Under the pieces are notes generated by a model. It was not told the origin of the DNA. It worked only from the letters and a program-made list of their open reading frames with translations, and did not search any database. 64,000 bases of DNA, from contig JAURCP010000002.1 in assembly GCA_030828405.1 (NCBI GenBank), positions 3,169 to 67,168 on the forward strand. The letters run 5' to 3'. Source of the stretch: Thermoplasmatota archaeon. Its GTDB lineage: Archaea > Thermoplasmatota > Poseidoniia > Poseidoniales > Thalassarchaeaceae. The translations under genes and the position numbers were made by a program. Below are positions 1 to 9,900 of the stretch, one piece after another (the stretch's first letter is position 1; every line of letters starts with the position of its first letter).

Positions 1-7
1 CGTGTAT

Positions 8-958
8 TTAGAACAAACGGGAATCAAGAACTCTCAGTTCTCCCTCACCGTCATCATCTTCATCATCATTATCGTATACTCTGAATCTTCCCGCAATCGC
101 TGCAGCCGCTAAAGCAGTAATCATTGTAGTGCCAATCAGTTCAAAACCTGGAAGGTAAACTCCACGGATGTAAAGAGTAACTGATTGGATTTGAGAATTA
201 GGAATTCCTTCAGTCCGCACAGAATAATCAGAAGTTGCTTTGAATTGCAAATTATAGTATTTATCTGTCCATCCTTGGTTCTTAGGGGTTCGGATTTGGA
301 CTCTAACTTTTTCAGGAGGAGATTTAGATTCTATCTCGACATTTACCAGAGGGATACTGAGTGTGAATCCTTCATCACTTAGTTCGTCATAGTTGGCAAT
401 CTCGATGTTCATACGATCTAATGCATTACCATCATTGTATACGTCATATGACACCATATAGTCTACTTTAGGTCTCAACTGGATGAATGCCAGTTCAGAA
501 GCAACTCTAAGTCTACTGAATTGCTTAACAACTGCCAATACCTTGTAAGTTGTAGGTGTGCCAGGATAAGCAACTCCATTTGCTTGCGATACTGTAGCAG
601 TGATAGATATCTGATGTTGACCTTCAGCCATTTGTAAATCTCCTCTCAAAATTACTTGGAAACTTGTTTGAAGGCCTGAGCCAACTGTCAGAGATGCAGG
701 TCCAGCTGATACAAGAGCTCCGGACTGTATTACTATGTCAACCTTAATTTGGTGAGCAGATGGATTTTCTAAATCACAATTAACAATAGACGTTCTTGTA
801 GAGCCAGGATATGTCTCAATAGGTTGAGGGTTTTCACAAGTTAGCGACACGTCAGGAGTGACACCCTGGGCATGTACTGCAGCAGCACCGGCCCACATAC
901 TAAGAAAGTAAACTGCCAGTAATATTAGGACTGGTCTTACGGAGCGGGCAGATGTCAT
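8..958 (-). CDS. Secreted, membrane-anchored surface protein of unknown function, with a signal peptide, a beta-rich ectodomain, a C-terminal TM helix and an acidic tail
   Basis: 316-aa ORF. The N-terminus has a signal-like h-region (RPVLILLAVYFLSMWAGAAAVHA). Near the C-terminus, LPGF is followed by a hydrophobic helix (ELIGTTMITALAAAAIAG), then RFR and the acidic tail DNDDEDDDGEGE. No catalytic motif recognised. Confidence 0.6.
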   Translation of the reverse strand: MTSARSVRPVLILLAVYFLSMWAGAAAVHAQGVTPDVSLTCENPQPIETYPGSTRTSIVNCDLENPSAHQIKVDIVIQSGALVSAGPASLTVGSGLQTSFQVILRGDLQMAEGQHQISITATVSQANGVAYPGTPTTYKVLAVVKQFSRLRVASELAFIQLRPKVDYMVSYDVYNDGNALDRMNIEIANYDELSDEGFTLSIPLVNVEIESKSPPEKVRVQIRTPKNQGWTDKYYNLQFKATSDYSVRTEGIPNSQIQSVTLYIRGVYLPGFELIGTTMITALAAAAIAGRFRVYDNDDEDDDGEGELRVLDSRLF

Positions 959-1081
959 ACAACGAATCCCGTGTGAAACTGTATTTTAGGGTTCTCACTA
1001 TTAGAGCGTGAAATAATGTTGAAAGAAGAGTTCTTGACAAAAAACAATAAATTCTAGAAAATAATTATTTTAACGGAAAAA

Positions 1082-1158
1082 TGGTGGACCCGACCGGATT
1101 TGAACCGATGGCCACTCGGTTATGAGCCGAGCGCTCTAACCAACTGAGCTACGGGTCC
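1082..1158 (-). tRNA. tRNA with CAU anticodon (elongator Met or Ile2), 3' CCA encoded
   Basis: The reverse complement reads GGACCCGTAGCTCAGTTGGTTAGAGCGCTCGGCTCATAACCGAGTGGCCATCGGTTCAAATCCGGTCGGGTCCACCA. It folds as a cloverleaf with anticodon stem CTCGG/CCGAG and loop CTCATAA. It lacks the three consecutive G:C pairs in the anticodon stem and the A1:U72 pair expected of an archaeal initiator. Confidence 0.9.
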
Positions 1159-1220
1159 TTGGAGCGACTCGAATGCGCTTCAGAGATGAACCTTATTATC
1201 TAACACACAAGAAAAATAAT

Positions 1221-2930
1221 CTATAATTTGCTCCTCATTATGATGAATGTAACTAGAATTACAGCAAATATCAAGAACAAGACCAAATTATTTGAATTTA
1301 TAGGTTCATGACGTTTTGAATCAAATGGGAAAATATCGGAATTATCGCCAACACCATCAGAATCAGAATCAAATTTTTCTAGAGGGTCAAGAGGGAATGC
1401 ATCGGAATTATCACCCACACCATCAGAATCTGTGTCGATCCACTCAGAAGAATTATTAGGGAATTTGTCAGTATTATCTCCGACTCCATCTGAATCACTA
1501 TCTGCCCACTCATATGGGGAATGAGGGAATACGTCAGTATTATCTCCGACTCCATCTGAATCACTATCTATCCATTCAGAAGAATCATCTGGGAATAAAT
1601 CAGAATTATCACCGAAACCATCGGAATCAGAATCAAGATTTTCTAAAGGATTCAATGGGAAAGCATCGGAGTTATCTCCTACTCCATCCGAATCACTGTC
1701 TATCCATTCTGAAAGATTATCAGGGAACATATCTGAATTGTCACCTACTCCATCCGAATCACTATCTATCCATTCTGAAGGATTATCAGGAAACATATCT
1801 GAATTGTCACCTACTCCGTCTGAATCACTATCTCTTGTTTCGAATGGATTATTTGGAAATACGTCTGAATTATCGCCAATTCCATCCAAATCGGAATCAT
1901 GAGATTCTGAGTAGTTCAAAGGGAATATGTCTAAGTCATCGGTAACTCCGTCACCATCGGAATCATCTAAACAACCATCGCTATTTTCATCATATCCTAT
2001 TGAATTTTCTTCCGGACAAATGTCATTAGAATCTAAAATACCATCATTATCTATGTCACTATTGTTAACCTGAGGTTGAGGTTCGCACACATCACCCCAT
2101 ATTTCTTGAACGAAACTTTCGTTGTCTATAAATGGGTTGCGATTTCCTTGTATACGAAATATTTCATTGTTTCTATTTGTCTCATATGGGCTGACTGGAT
2201 CTACGATATGCCAATCATATAGCGTACATAAATCTCCTAAAAAGCCATCATTTGAAGAAGTTTGAGTAGTTCCATTAACCAAAGAAAGATTGGGTTCATT
2301 TTCATACCCATTATACCTAACATCCATGTAAAATACGCTTCTTGCCGCATCGCCTTTAGAAATATCAGAAGGTTCCCAAAAATCTGCTGAAGAATCACAT
2401 TCAACACATTCCCAATGTGAATTACTAGCATCACCAAAATCTTTGTCACTTCGAGCAGAATTAACTGTATTGTCGGCAGGCCTTAATGAATGTAAATCAG
2501 TACCTGCAACCTTAGTCATACTAGTTCCAAAATCCCCATGTGACTTAGGCCAAACATGCTCTCTATTCCAAGATTGACTGGTACATTCATTACCGTCGCC
2601 GCATGTATCATTTTCCGATTGCGATCTTTGCATGTAGAAAAGAATAACATTGGCATTGTTTAGTGGATCCTCATCGACTTCTCGTAGATGATCCCAAACA
2701 GAACTATAACTAACTACTGTATGATTGCGGATTATCTCATACAATTCAGCATGCAACAGCTCTCCAGACAATAAATCTACATCCTGATAATAAATGCCGT
2801 AATTGTAGGAATTGAATATAATATTATTTTCTTCAAGGTCATTATCACAGATAATACTGGAAAGGGAGATAAACATATTCAATAATAATATTGAACAAAT
2901 AAATATAGTTCGCATGTATCTTCCATTCAT
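1221..2930 (-). CDS. Extracellular endonuclease I family nuclease fused to a thrombospondin type-3 (TSP3) Ca-binding repeat stalk and a C-terminal TM anchor
   Basis: 569-aa ORF with an N-terminal signal anchor. Endonuclease I-type motifs NREHVWPKSHG and GNRNPFID are present. About 8 copies of DSDSDGVGDNSDxFPxxxxEWI follow. The C-terminus is LVLFLIFAVILVTFIIMRSKL. Confidence 0.75.
   Translation of the reverse strand: MNGRYMRTIFICSILLLNMFISLSSIICDNDLEENNIIFNSYNYGIYYQDVDLLSGELLHAELYEIIRNHTVVSYSSVWDHLREVDEDPLNNANVILFYMQRSQSENDTCGDGNECTSQSWNREHVWPKSHGDFGTSMTKVAGTDLHSLRPADNTVNSARSDKDFGDASNSHWECVECDSSADFWEPSDISKGDAARSVFYMDVRYNGYENEPNLSLVNGTTQTSSNDGFLGDLCTLYDWHIVDPVSPYETNRNNEIFRIQGNRNPFIDNESFVQEIWGDVCEPQPQVNNSDIDNDGILDSNDICPEENSIGYDENSDGCLDDSDGDGVTDDLDIFPLNYSESHDSDLDGIGDNSDVFPNNPFETRDSDSDGVGDNSDMFPDNPSEWIDSDSDGVGDNSDMFPDNLSEWIDSDSDGVGDNSDAFPLNPLENLDSDSDGFGDNSDLFPDDSSEWIDSDSDGVGDNTDVFPHSPYEWADSDSDGVGDNTDKFPNNSSEWIDTDSDGVGDNSDAFPLDPLEKFDSDSDGVGDNSDIFPFDSKRHEPINSNNLVLFLIFAVILVTFIIMRSKL
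1320..1901 (-). repeat. In-frame 69-bp (23-aa) tandem repeats encoding TSP3-like DxDxDGxGDxxD calcium-binding loops
   Basis: Repeated units such as DSDSDGVGDNSDMFPDNPSEWI span aa 344-537 of the nuclease ORF. Adjacent copies are nearly identical at the DNA level. Confidence 0.85.
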
Positions 2931-3051
2931 GTTATTCGTAGACGGTTTATATCAATAATTATTCGCACATTAATAATAGAATAAGTGAAAAAAAATACAC
3001 TAAGTTTGCACTGTAACACTTATCTCCTTGGCCCTTTCGTATAGGTACTGA

Positions 3052-5820
3052 GTGAACAGCATGCTAGACGAAATGAAAAAAAATAGTGCAACAACAATGT
3101 TAGTGATAGGTATAATGCTAGTTGCAGTTAATGCGACGTTGATTACATCGATAACTGATGACCTTATTTCAAATGGATTGGCAGAAAGTTTGGTTTCAGA
3201 TTCTTATGATGAAGAATCAGATTATGATGAAGAATGGGCTACCTCAGAGTATGAAAAGGTATATTTTGGATACAATCTAACAAATATTAGTGCTTTATCC
3301 AGTGATGACCCATCAAATGCATACACTAAAGTTGGGCCATGGATTTACAATGTTACCTCTTACAAAGAAATTCTAGAATGGAATGATGAAGAAGGAACAA
3401 TGACTTATTCGGAATATGAAGTATTCGATTGGTGCGAAGAATGTACTTGGGAAGATCGCGATGGGACAATGGGTCCTGTTGGAGAAATTTACGATTCTGT
3501 ATCTGGTGAAAATGATTTTAGAAATGTAAATATTTTATGGACAGCACAGAGTATAGCAGCTATAGGCGCTGTAGGTTTTGAATATGGAGAACCTTTTGCA
3601 AAAGCTGGTTTCGCTACAAACATGATGACATTGGAGCTCTCAAGTAAAGCCCCTAGTATATGGTCCGCAGAAGATACTGAAGATAATTTGAATTTAGCTA
3701 TAGAATATATGATAGGTGCTGGAATGGATTCAGTTTCTGCTGAGGCAGCTGCACCAATACAGATAATGGATTTAGCATATAATTCATGGAATAACAGTTC
3801 TAGTGCTGGAATAATGACTCCAGATTTTACTTCATCCGCTGATATGATATTGAATGATGCGGTTGATCCTTCAACAGGAATGTGCATAGCTCTGACTTGT
3901 GATTACGGACACATGTTGGTGGCAGGAATGGGAGAGCCAAGTGATTCTGTGACACCTATGAGAGCGATGCTGTACGGGTATGCAGATGTTGCAGAACCTG
4001 AAAGAACTCATATTGATTGGGCTGTTTATGCATTGGCAGGAACTAATTTCTTGACGAATGGTGGAGGTGCAGATTTGACTACTACCGATAATAATAGAGA
4101 GAGATTACAAACAGTCAGCGGAGTAGATATTGCTAATCCAGATGCCCTTGATTTCCTTCTATTTGGGATTAACGAAGATGGATTAGCACAAGGAATTATC
4201 CAAGAAACTGATTTCAATGGCTTACCACTCAATGGGAATATATTATTCCTTCTTGGGGCACAGTCAAACGCTTTTGATACCATGAGTATCTATGGAATTG
4301 GTTTATCGCAACTCCTAGGTATTGCTGATTGGGCTGGTGCATGGATTGGTATGTTAGGAGTTCCTGCTGATTTCCCAATGATTTTAGTCGGTGAATCTGG
4401 TACAATAAACGCTAATGACTGGTGGGTAGAATCTTTCGGAGGAGAAGAACCGCTTGCTGGAGGATATATTCCTCTTGGACTCAACATGGGTGAATGGGAA
4501 GGACAAATAGATATGTCTGCAGAAAGTGTTAGAAATATTCTTTATGATAGCCCATATGCCCTAGCAACCACTGATTTTGGTTCTGAATTTATGTATGGTG
4601 AAGCTAGTGGCAAAACTCTTCCACAAGGCACAGATGGTGCTGAAACAGGAGGTACAGTTTACGATTGGAATAATGAATATGTAGCAGATTTATACGATAT
4701 CACTGTAGATGAAGCAGGAGCTCTTAGAAGTTACATCGCAGATTTCATGGTGGATATTGTTGTACCTACTTTACTTACTTTCCAAACCGGTTCTGAAGCA
4801 TATACAACACAAACAGTTAATCAATGGCTATTTGGTTCGTGTGACGCAGTGCTATTATCCCAATATGGTTCAGAAAATTGTTTCTCTAGTCTTGAAACAA
4901 ATATGACATACTATGGTTCAATTTCAGAAGATCATCCTGATGGTTTGTCGACCGGGGATTATTCAGCCTATGTAATGAGCACTAGAGGCGAAACAATAGG
5001 TCAGAGGTTAATGCAAGGATATGTTAATTCAGATGGCGATGGACTTTGTGACTTCGATTACAGTGAAGCAGGCGTATATCTTGGAGGATATGGTACTGGT
5101 GGATTGGAATGTGAAGATGGACAAATCTATGGAATGACTGAATATTTGACATGGAGAGCACCACACAGAGATATTCTGAACTATGGATTGATGGAAGAGG
5201 CCGTTGGTTCGAGTTCTGATTATGCAATTCTAGGAAACTCAGTCGGAGCCATTGGTAATGCCGATGAATCATTCAAATATAATCTTGGAGGATATGCTGT
5301 AGCTGAAACAATAGTTGGTGAAGAAGTAGAGTTCAAAGGAATTCCAATGGTTGAACACAGTATCGTTCTTGATGCGACTCAGCATAATATACAGTCAAAA
5401 TTAATCCCTCCTAGTTTATCTCCAGTTTCAGTAACGCCGGGAGTTTTGGGGCTGTATTTCAATGGAAATATCGATATGAAAGTAGAGCCAAATACAAATG
5501 CAATAATGTATGGTCATGGAACTCTACAATTTGTTCTAGACATCAGAGGGCTCGGTTATGATAGCCCGGATCTTATAAGTGAAGGAGCAACAGATGCTTA
5601 CCCAGTATTTGAGATTGCAATACACAGTGAAATAGGTGACGAAGACGCAGATGAACTAAGTAAAGCAACAGATAGTTTAGGCATTCTAGGATTCACAAAT
5701 CTAGATGCACCATCTCCAATTAGTTACTTGAATATCGTACAATTAGTAGTTTATCTTGTAGGTTTAGGATTGGCTGTAAATGGTGGTATGAAAATGTCAT
5801 CAAAGAAAGAAGAAGAGTAA
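3052..5820 (+). CDS. CD36/LIMP-2/SR-B (scavenger receptor class B) family-like membrane protein with N- and C-terminal TM helices and a large internal insertion
   Basis: 922-aa ORF starting at GTG 3052, with an alternative ATG at 3061. TM helices sit at aa 15-33 and about aa 890-912. Four collinear CD36-family motifs are present:
- YFGYNLTN...VGPWIYNV...EGTMTYSEYEVF (aa 66-125)
- QTVNQWLFGSCDAVL (aa 587-601)
- EFKGIPMVEHSIVL (aa 760-773)
- YPVFEIAIHSEIGDEDA (aa 850-866). Confidence 0.6.
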   Translation: MNSMLDEMKKNSATTMLVIGIMLVAVNATLITSITDDLISNGLAESLVSDSYDEESDYDEEWATSEYEKVYFGYNLTNISALSSDDPSNAYTKVGPWIYNVTSYKEILEWNDEEGTMTYSEYEVFDWCEECTWEDRDGTMGPVGEIYDSVSGENDFRNVNILWTAQSIAAIGAVGFEYGEPFAKAGFATNMMTLELSSKAPSIWSAEDTEDNLNLAIEYMIGAGMDSVSAEAAAPIQIMDLAYNSWNNSSSAGIMTPDFTSSADMILNDAVDPSTGMCIALTCDYGHMLVAGMGEPSDSVTPMRAMLYGYADVAEPERTHIDWAVYALAGTNFLTNGGGADLTTTDNNRERLQTVSGVDIANPDALDFLLFGINEDGLAQGIIQETDFNGLPLNGNILFLLGAQSNAFDTMSIYGIGLSQLLGIADWAGAWIGMLGVPADFPMILVGESGTINANDWWVESFGGEEPLAGGYIPLGLNMGEWEGQIDMSAESVRNILYDSPYALATTDFGSEFMYGEASGKTLPQGTDGAETGGTVYDWNNEYVADLYDITVDEAGALRSYIADFMVDIVVPTLLTFQTGSEAYTTQTVNQWLFGSCDAVLLSQYGSENCFSSLETNMTYYGSISEDHPDGLSTGDYSAYVMSTRGETIGQRLMQGYVNSDGDGLCDFDYSEAGVYLGGYGTGGLECEDGQIYGMTEYLTWRAPHRDILNYGLMEEAVGSSSDYAILGNSVGAIGNADESFKYNLGGYAVAETIVGEEVEFKGIPMVEHSIVLDATQHNIQSKLIPPSLSPVSVTPGVLGLYFNGNIDMKVEPNTNAIMYGHGTLQFVLDIRGLGYDSPDLISEGATDAYPVFEIAIHSEIGDEDADELSKATDSLGILGFTNLDAPSPISYLNIVQLVVYLVGLGLAVNGGMKMSSKKEEE

Positions 5821-5898
5821 AAATTAACTTTTCTCTTCTTCTCTTCATCACGAAGGGTTCAATGATTCTCGCTCACCCCGAGAATAATAGGGGTTGTT

Positions 5899-6969
5899 GT
5901 GAGGCTAAGATATATCGATCGTATTCGAGCTATTGCCATACTCTGTATGGTTCAAGTACACACAGCTGCGATAATACCACCAGAAGGAATATCAGTTGGT
6001 CATCCAATAGCATTTGTTTCTGCTGCAATTGGAGGTATGGCGGCACCAATGTTTGTCACCATTTCAGGATGGGGAATATTTCGTAGTGCTATCAGAAGAA
6101 GAAAATTAGCAGATAATGGTATTTCTTCTTGGATATATTGGATTATCCCGCGGATAATTATACTAACTATTTGTCAATTATTGGTTAACTCAGCATTGTC
6201 TATAGACAGAGGAGGAAGGTTCGATTGGATGACTCCGGGGGTTCTGACATTATTGGCATTAGCATCTCTAATAGGGCCACTGATAGTATATTTAACAAAG
6301 AAACAAAGATTTTCTATGATGCTAATATTTATGATTTCACCCCTAATTATTGGCGATTTGAATGGAAATGAGCTTTATTGGAGTGAAAGAGTATCATCAA
6401 TCGGAATAGAAGGATGGGTTGAGAGACTTCTATTGAATGGCACCTATCCGGCATTGCCATGGCTGACATTCATATTTTTAGGGAGTTTAATAGATGAAGA
6501 TAAAGAAAATTTAGATGAACAAAATATGGTTATTAAGGTTGGACTAATCATTATCGCCATTAGTATGATTTATTCATTCTATGAAAGAATACCATGGGCC
6601 CTTACGGAAGGAAATGCAATACTAACTTTTTTCCCAGCAAATACCATGTTTATTCTCACCTCCAGTATATTTGTAGTAATATTATTCAGGATTTTAGGAG
6701 AGGAAGAAACATCAGGTGGAGAGCCTTTTGGAGGTGACAAAATGTCATGGTTAGAACCTGCTGGAAGGTTATCTCTAACGATATATGTAGCACACTTTAT
6801 TTTTCTAGGAATTATTGCATATGAGATGCAAAATCAACCTCGATTAGAAATTTACACTGCATTTTTGTTTACGATTTTACACACATCTATATGGATTCCG
6901 TTGTCAATATGGCATGAGAAATATATTCCTAAAATTTCTTTTGAAGAATTACTTAGGAAACTCAATTAA
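5899..6969 (+). CDS. Multi-pass membrane acyltransferase-like protein (DUF1624 / heparan-alpha-glucosaminide N-acetyltransferase catalytic-domain-like)
   Basis: 356-aa ORF with a GTG start. The N-terminal RLRYIDRIRAIAILCMVQVH matches the R..lD..RG.A...M signature of this family. About 9-10 hydrophobic helices. It lies 78 nt downstream of the CD36-like gene on the same strand. Confidence 0.5.
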   Translation: MRLRYIDRIRAIAILCMVQVHTAAIIPPEGISVGHPIAFVSAAIGGMAAPMFVTISGWGIFRSAIRRRKLADNGISSWIYWIIPRIIILTICQLLVNSALSIDRGGRFDWMTPGVLTLLALASLIGPLIVYLTKKQRFSMMLIFMISPLIIGDLNGNELYWSERVSSIGIEGWVERLLLNGTYPALPWLTFIFLGSLIDEDKENLDEQNMVIKVGLIIIAISMIYSFYERIPWALTEGNAILTFFPANTMFILTSSIFVVILFRILGEEETSGGEPFGGDKMSWLEPAGRLSLTIYVAHFIFLGIIAYEMQNQPRLEIYTAFLFTILHTSIWIPLSIWHEKYIPKISFEELLRKLN

Positions 6970-9900
6970 TAGTTGTAGTCCAACTTATTGGACCGAACCA
7001 AACACTATTTACTCCATTTGATGCTTGAATCCTTCCATGATAAGTAGTTGCACTTGATAAATCAGAGATAGTTGTTGAAAAGTTTCCAACGGATGTTTCA
7101 CCTAGATTACTATTATAATTCCAACCTGTATCCTGATTTCCCATATCGCTAATACCATAATAAATGGTCAATGAAATATCAGTCCCATTATCGTAAGTTT
7201 CCCAAGAAATATCTACAGAGTTTGAGGTTTCATTATCTGGCACAATGTCTCTAATTATTGCATCATAAAAGAAAAAATCCTTTCTTAGTGGGTCATCGAC
7301 CCAAACTGGGAAATGAGATAGTGAACTGAATGTTTGTTGTGTTAATGGAAATCCCCAAGCAGAATGATACGGTGCTAGATTGTATCCTGTAGAATTGGAT
7401 AGATGCAGAACCCATGCATTGAATTCCTCATCTCCGGTAGAAGGCACTTCTGAAGAGGGGAGCGTGTAATAGACAGATAGTGCTTCTGTAATTGGGCCCC
7501 ACCCCCATTCTTCTTTAATCAGAATATATGTGTCCAAAGCTATCCAAACTGACCAATTTGAAATATTAGAACCATCATTAAAATAAGACTCCATTCGTAC
7601 TTCTCTTTGTTCTGGATCTACTGCGCTATGACCTTCTATTCCAACTAAATCCTCCATCAAATATACGCTTGCAAAGTTACACCCTGTTTCAGTAGTTCCC
7701 GGAAGTGTCGATGGCATCCACTGATGATTGTGTCCCAACTCATGGAACATACCCCAATCTCCATTTTCACTCATATGTGTATGATTAACCACATCAGGTA
7801 CACTTAGATCGTGCGCCATAAAGGGATAACCTGAATGCATCCAACCGGCTGAAATTTGAGCATCGAAAACTGCTCTTTCTACTCTAGGCCATGGTTCAAA
7901 ACCATACAATTCATGTTCCATATTCAATGCAATATCCCACCAATTCATCAATTGACTTGGATTATCCAGTTCACGTATCTCTAAACTGGGAACTGTCATA
8001 ATAAAGTTATTCGAAACTAATTCGGCCCATGGAGCGGGGTTGCTTCTCTCAGAATAAATCCATTCAAAATCGGAGGTTTCGCCTAATACAAACATTGGTG
8101 CCCTAATGGCTCCAGAAATAGTCAAATTAATCTCACCATAATTAGACCCTGCAGGAATATAAACATAAATCGGTCCTCCAAAGGCATTAGCCACCTCTGT
8201 CGAAGTATTTTCTACAGACCATGTAGTAAATATTCTTGAATGGCGCTTGATGATATCTTTATTCCAGAGACTGTCAGTATGAGCACCTATTAAAATTGAA
8301 AATCCTAAATCAGAAGTTGCTTCATCTACATTTACAGTAACTACCTCTCCAGCAGCAGCATAGAGACCCGTTGACATTCGTATAGAACTTCTAGGATTGG
8401 AATAACCGAAATTGCCAGGAAGACCACTTTGAGTACCATTAACGGTAACAGTTCTAGTTATTCTTGTGGCATTCGAAGGTACTTCACCTGGGAACTCAAT
8501 ATGGCTGGGATGAGCTGGTAATTCATCTGCAGGGAGGCCGAACATCAAGGCATCCTCTAATCGTAGAATGATGTCTGAAACAGGATCTACGCCTAGTTCG
8601 TAACCAGTAGTGCTCCAAAGTGTAGAGTAGGGTATTATCGTATAACCTGTTAAATTCACTAAATCACGTAAAGGTGACCAGAAATTAGTATAATCGAGAG
8701 TTACAATCCAAGTGCAATCAGAAAGTGCAGAATATGCTGCGGCTGCATCTTCAGTACTCATTTCAACTCCATCGATTCTATCTGCAAATACTCCTGAAAT
8801 TGCATTACTAATTGTTGAGTATTCATTAGGCATATTCTGGAAAAATACATCATTATATCCCCAATCACTAGAAACAAAGAGACCTGTTTCTTTTGCAATC
8901 TTATTCCCAGGATAATTGTGAGCTACATCCGTATTTGAGTAGGACCAGTACCATGCGTGGCCACCCATTATTATACCACCACCAGAGAGCATAAATTGCA
9001 CTAGAGCATTATTATCTGAATCATCATGCCCATTCCAAAACTCATCTAGTAAACAATCAAGTCCACTTAAATCAGAAGGTGTTACTGAAAGATGGACATT
9101 ATGACCTGCATCTGTTAATTTGTCTTCAAAATCATCGAACCCTGAACCATATGCCAATCCAACTTCTGCATTCTCTCCACATACCCACTCAACGGCTCTA
9201 AGTGAGAATGGATGATTTTGGGAGTCTACCCAACTTTCATGCCCATAACCTAAAATTTTTCCTTTACCTACATGAGATGCAGATACTACTGGAATACCAC
9301 TTGATTCAAAAGCCACTGGAAATGACCACTCACCAATTGGTAATATTGGAGATGGCCATCCTCCAAAATCTGCCTCACTCATTCCCCTCAATAATTCTTC
9401 TTGATCAGCGCGTAAATCATGAACTACGATCCAAATATTTAACCCAACAGTACCACCAGTATTATTTGCCCAAATTGTATATTCTCTCCAATTAGTTCGA
9501 GAATCAGGAATACCTGATATACTACCATTACCGTTCAGAGTTAAGCCCGAAGGAAGTTCTGGGTATACTTCCCAAGTATCAATATTTGGTCCATTATTAA
9601 TTACTGGAATTGTAATACTTTTATTTGAATGAAGAATATACTCTGATTCTATCCAATATATCTCATCAGGAGGCAAGCTACTGATTTTAATATCAATAAT
9701 TGTTGTAGAATAACCTCCAGAGTTATTAGCCCATATTTGATAATTTATTGTATCTTGAATAATAATGGGAGTTCCATATATTTCACCAGTTTGAATATCA
9801 AAATTGAGTCCTTGAGGAAGATTAGGGTATATCTCCCAAATTTCTGGTGCCCCACCGGACCAAGTTGGTGTTAAATTTGGAATTATCTGATTAATGGTAA

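Noticed and set aside
185-382. Small overlapping or shadow ORFs from the track, for example 185-382, 2237-2449, 3489-3887, 5862-6086, 20588-20827, 24100-24414, 35342-36571 and 51191-51565.
   Set aside because: Each lies within, and in a different frame or strand from, a much longer ORF with recognisable family motifs. None has motifs, signal sequences or SD-like context of its own.
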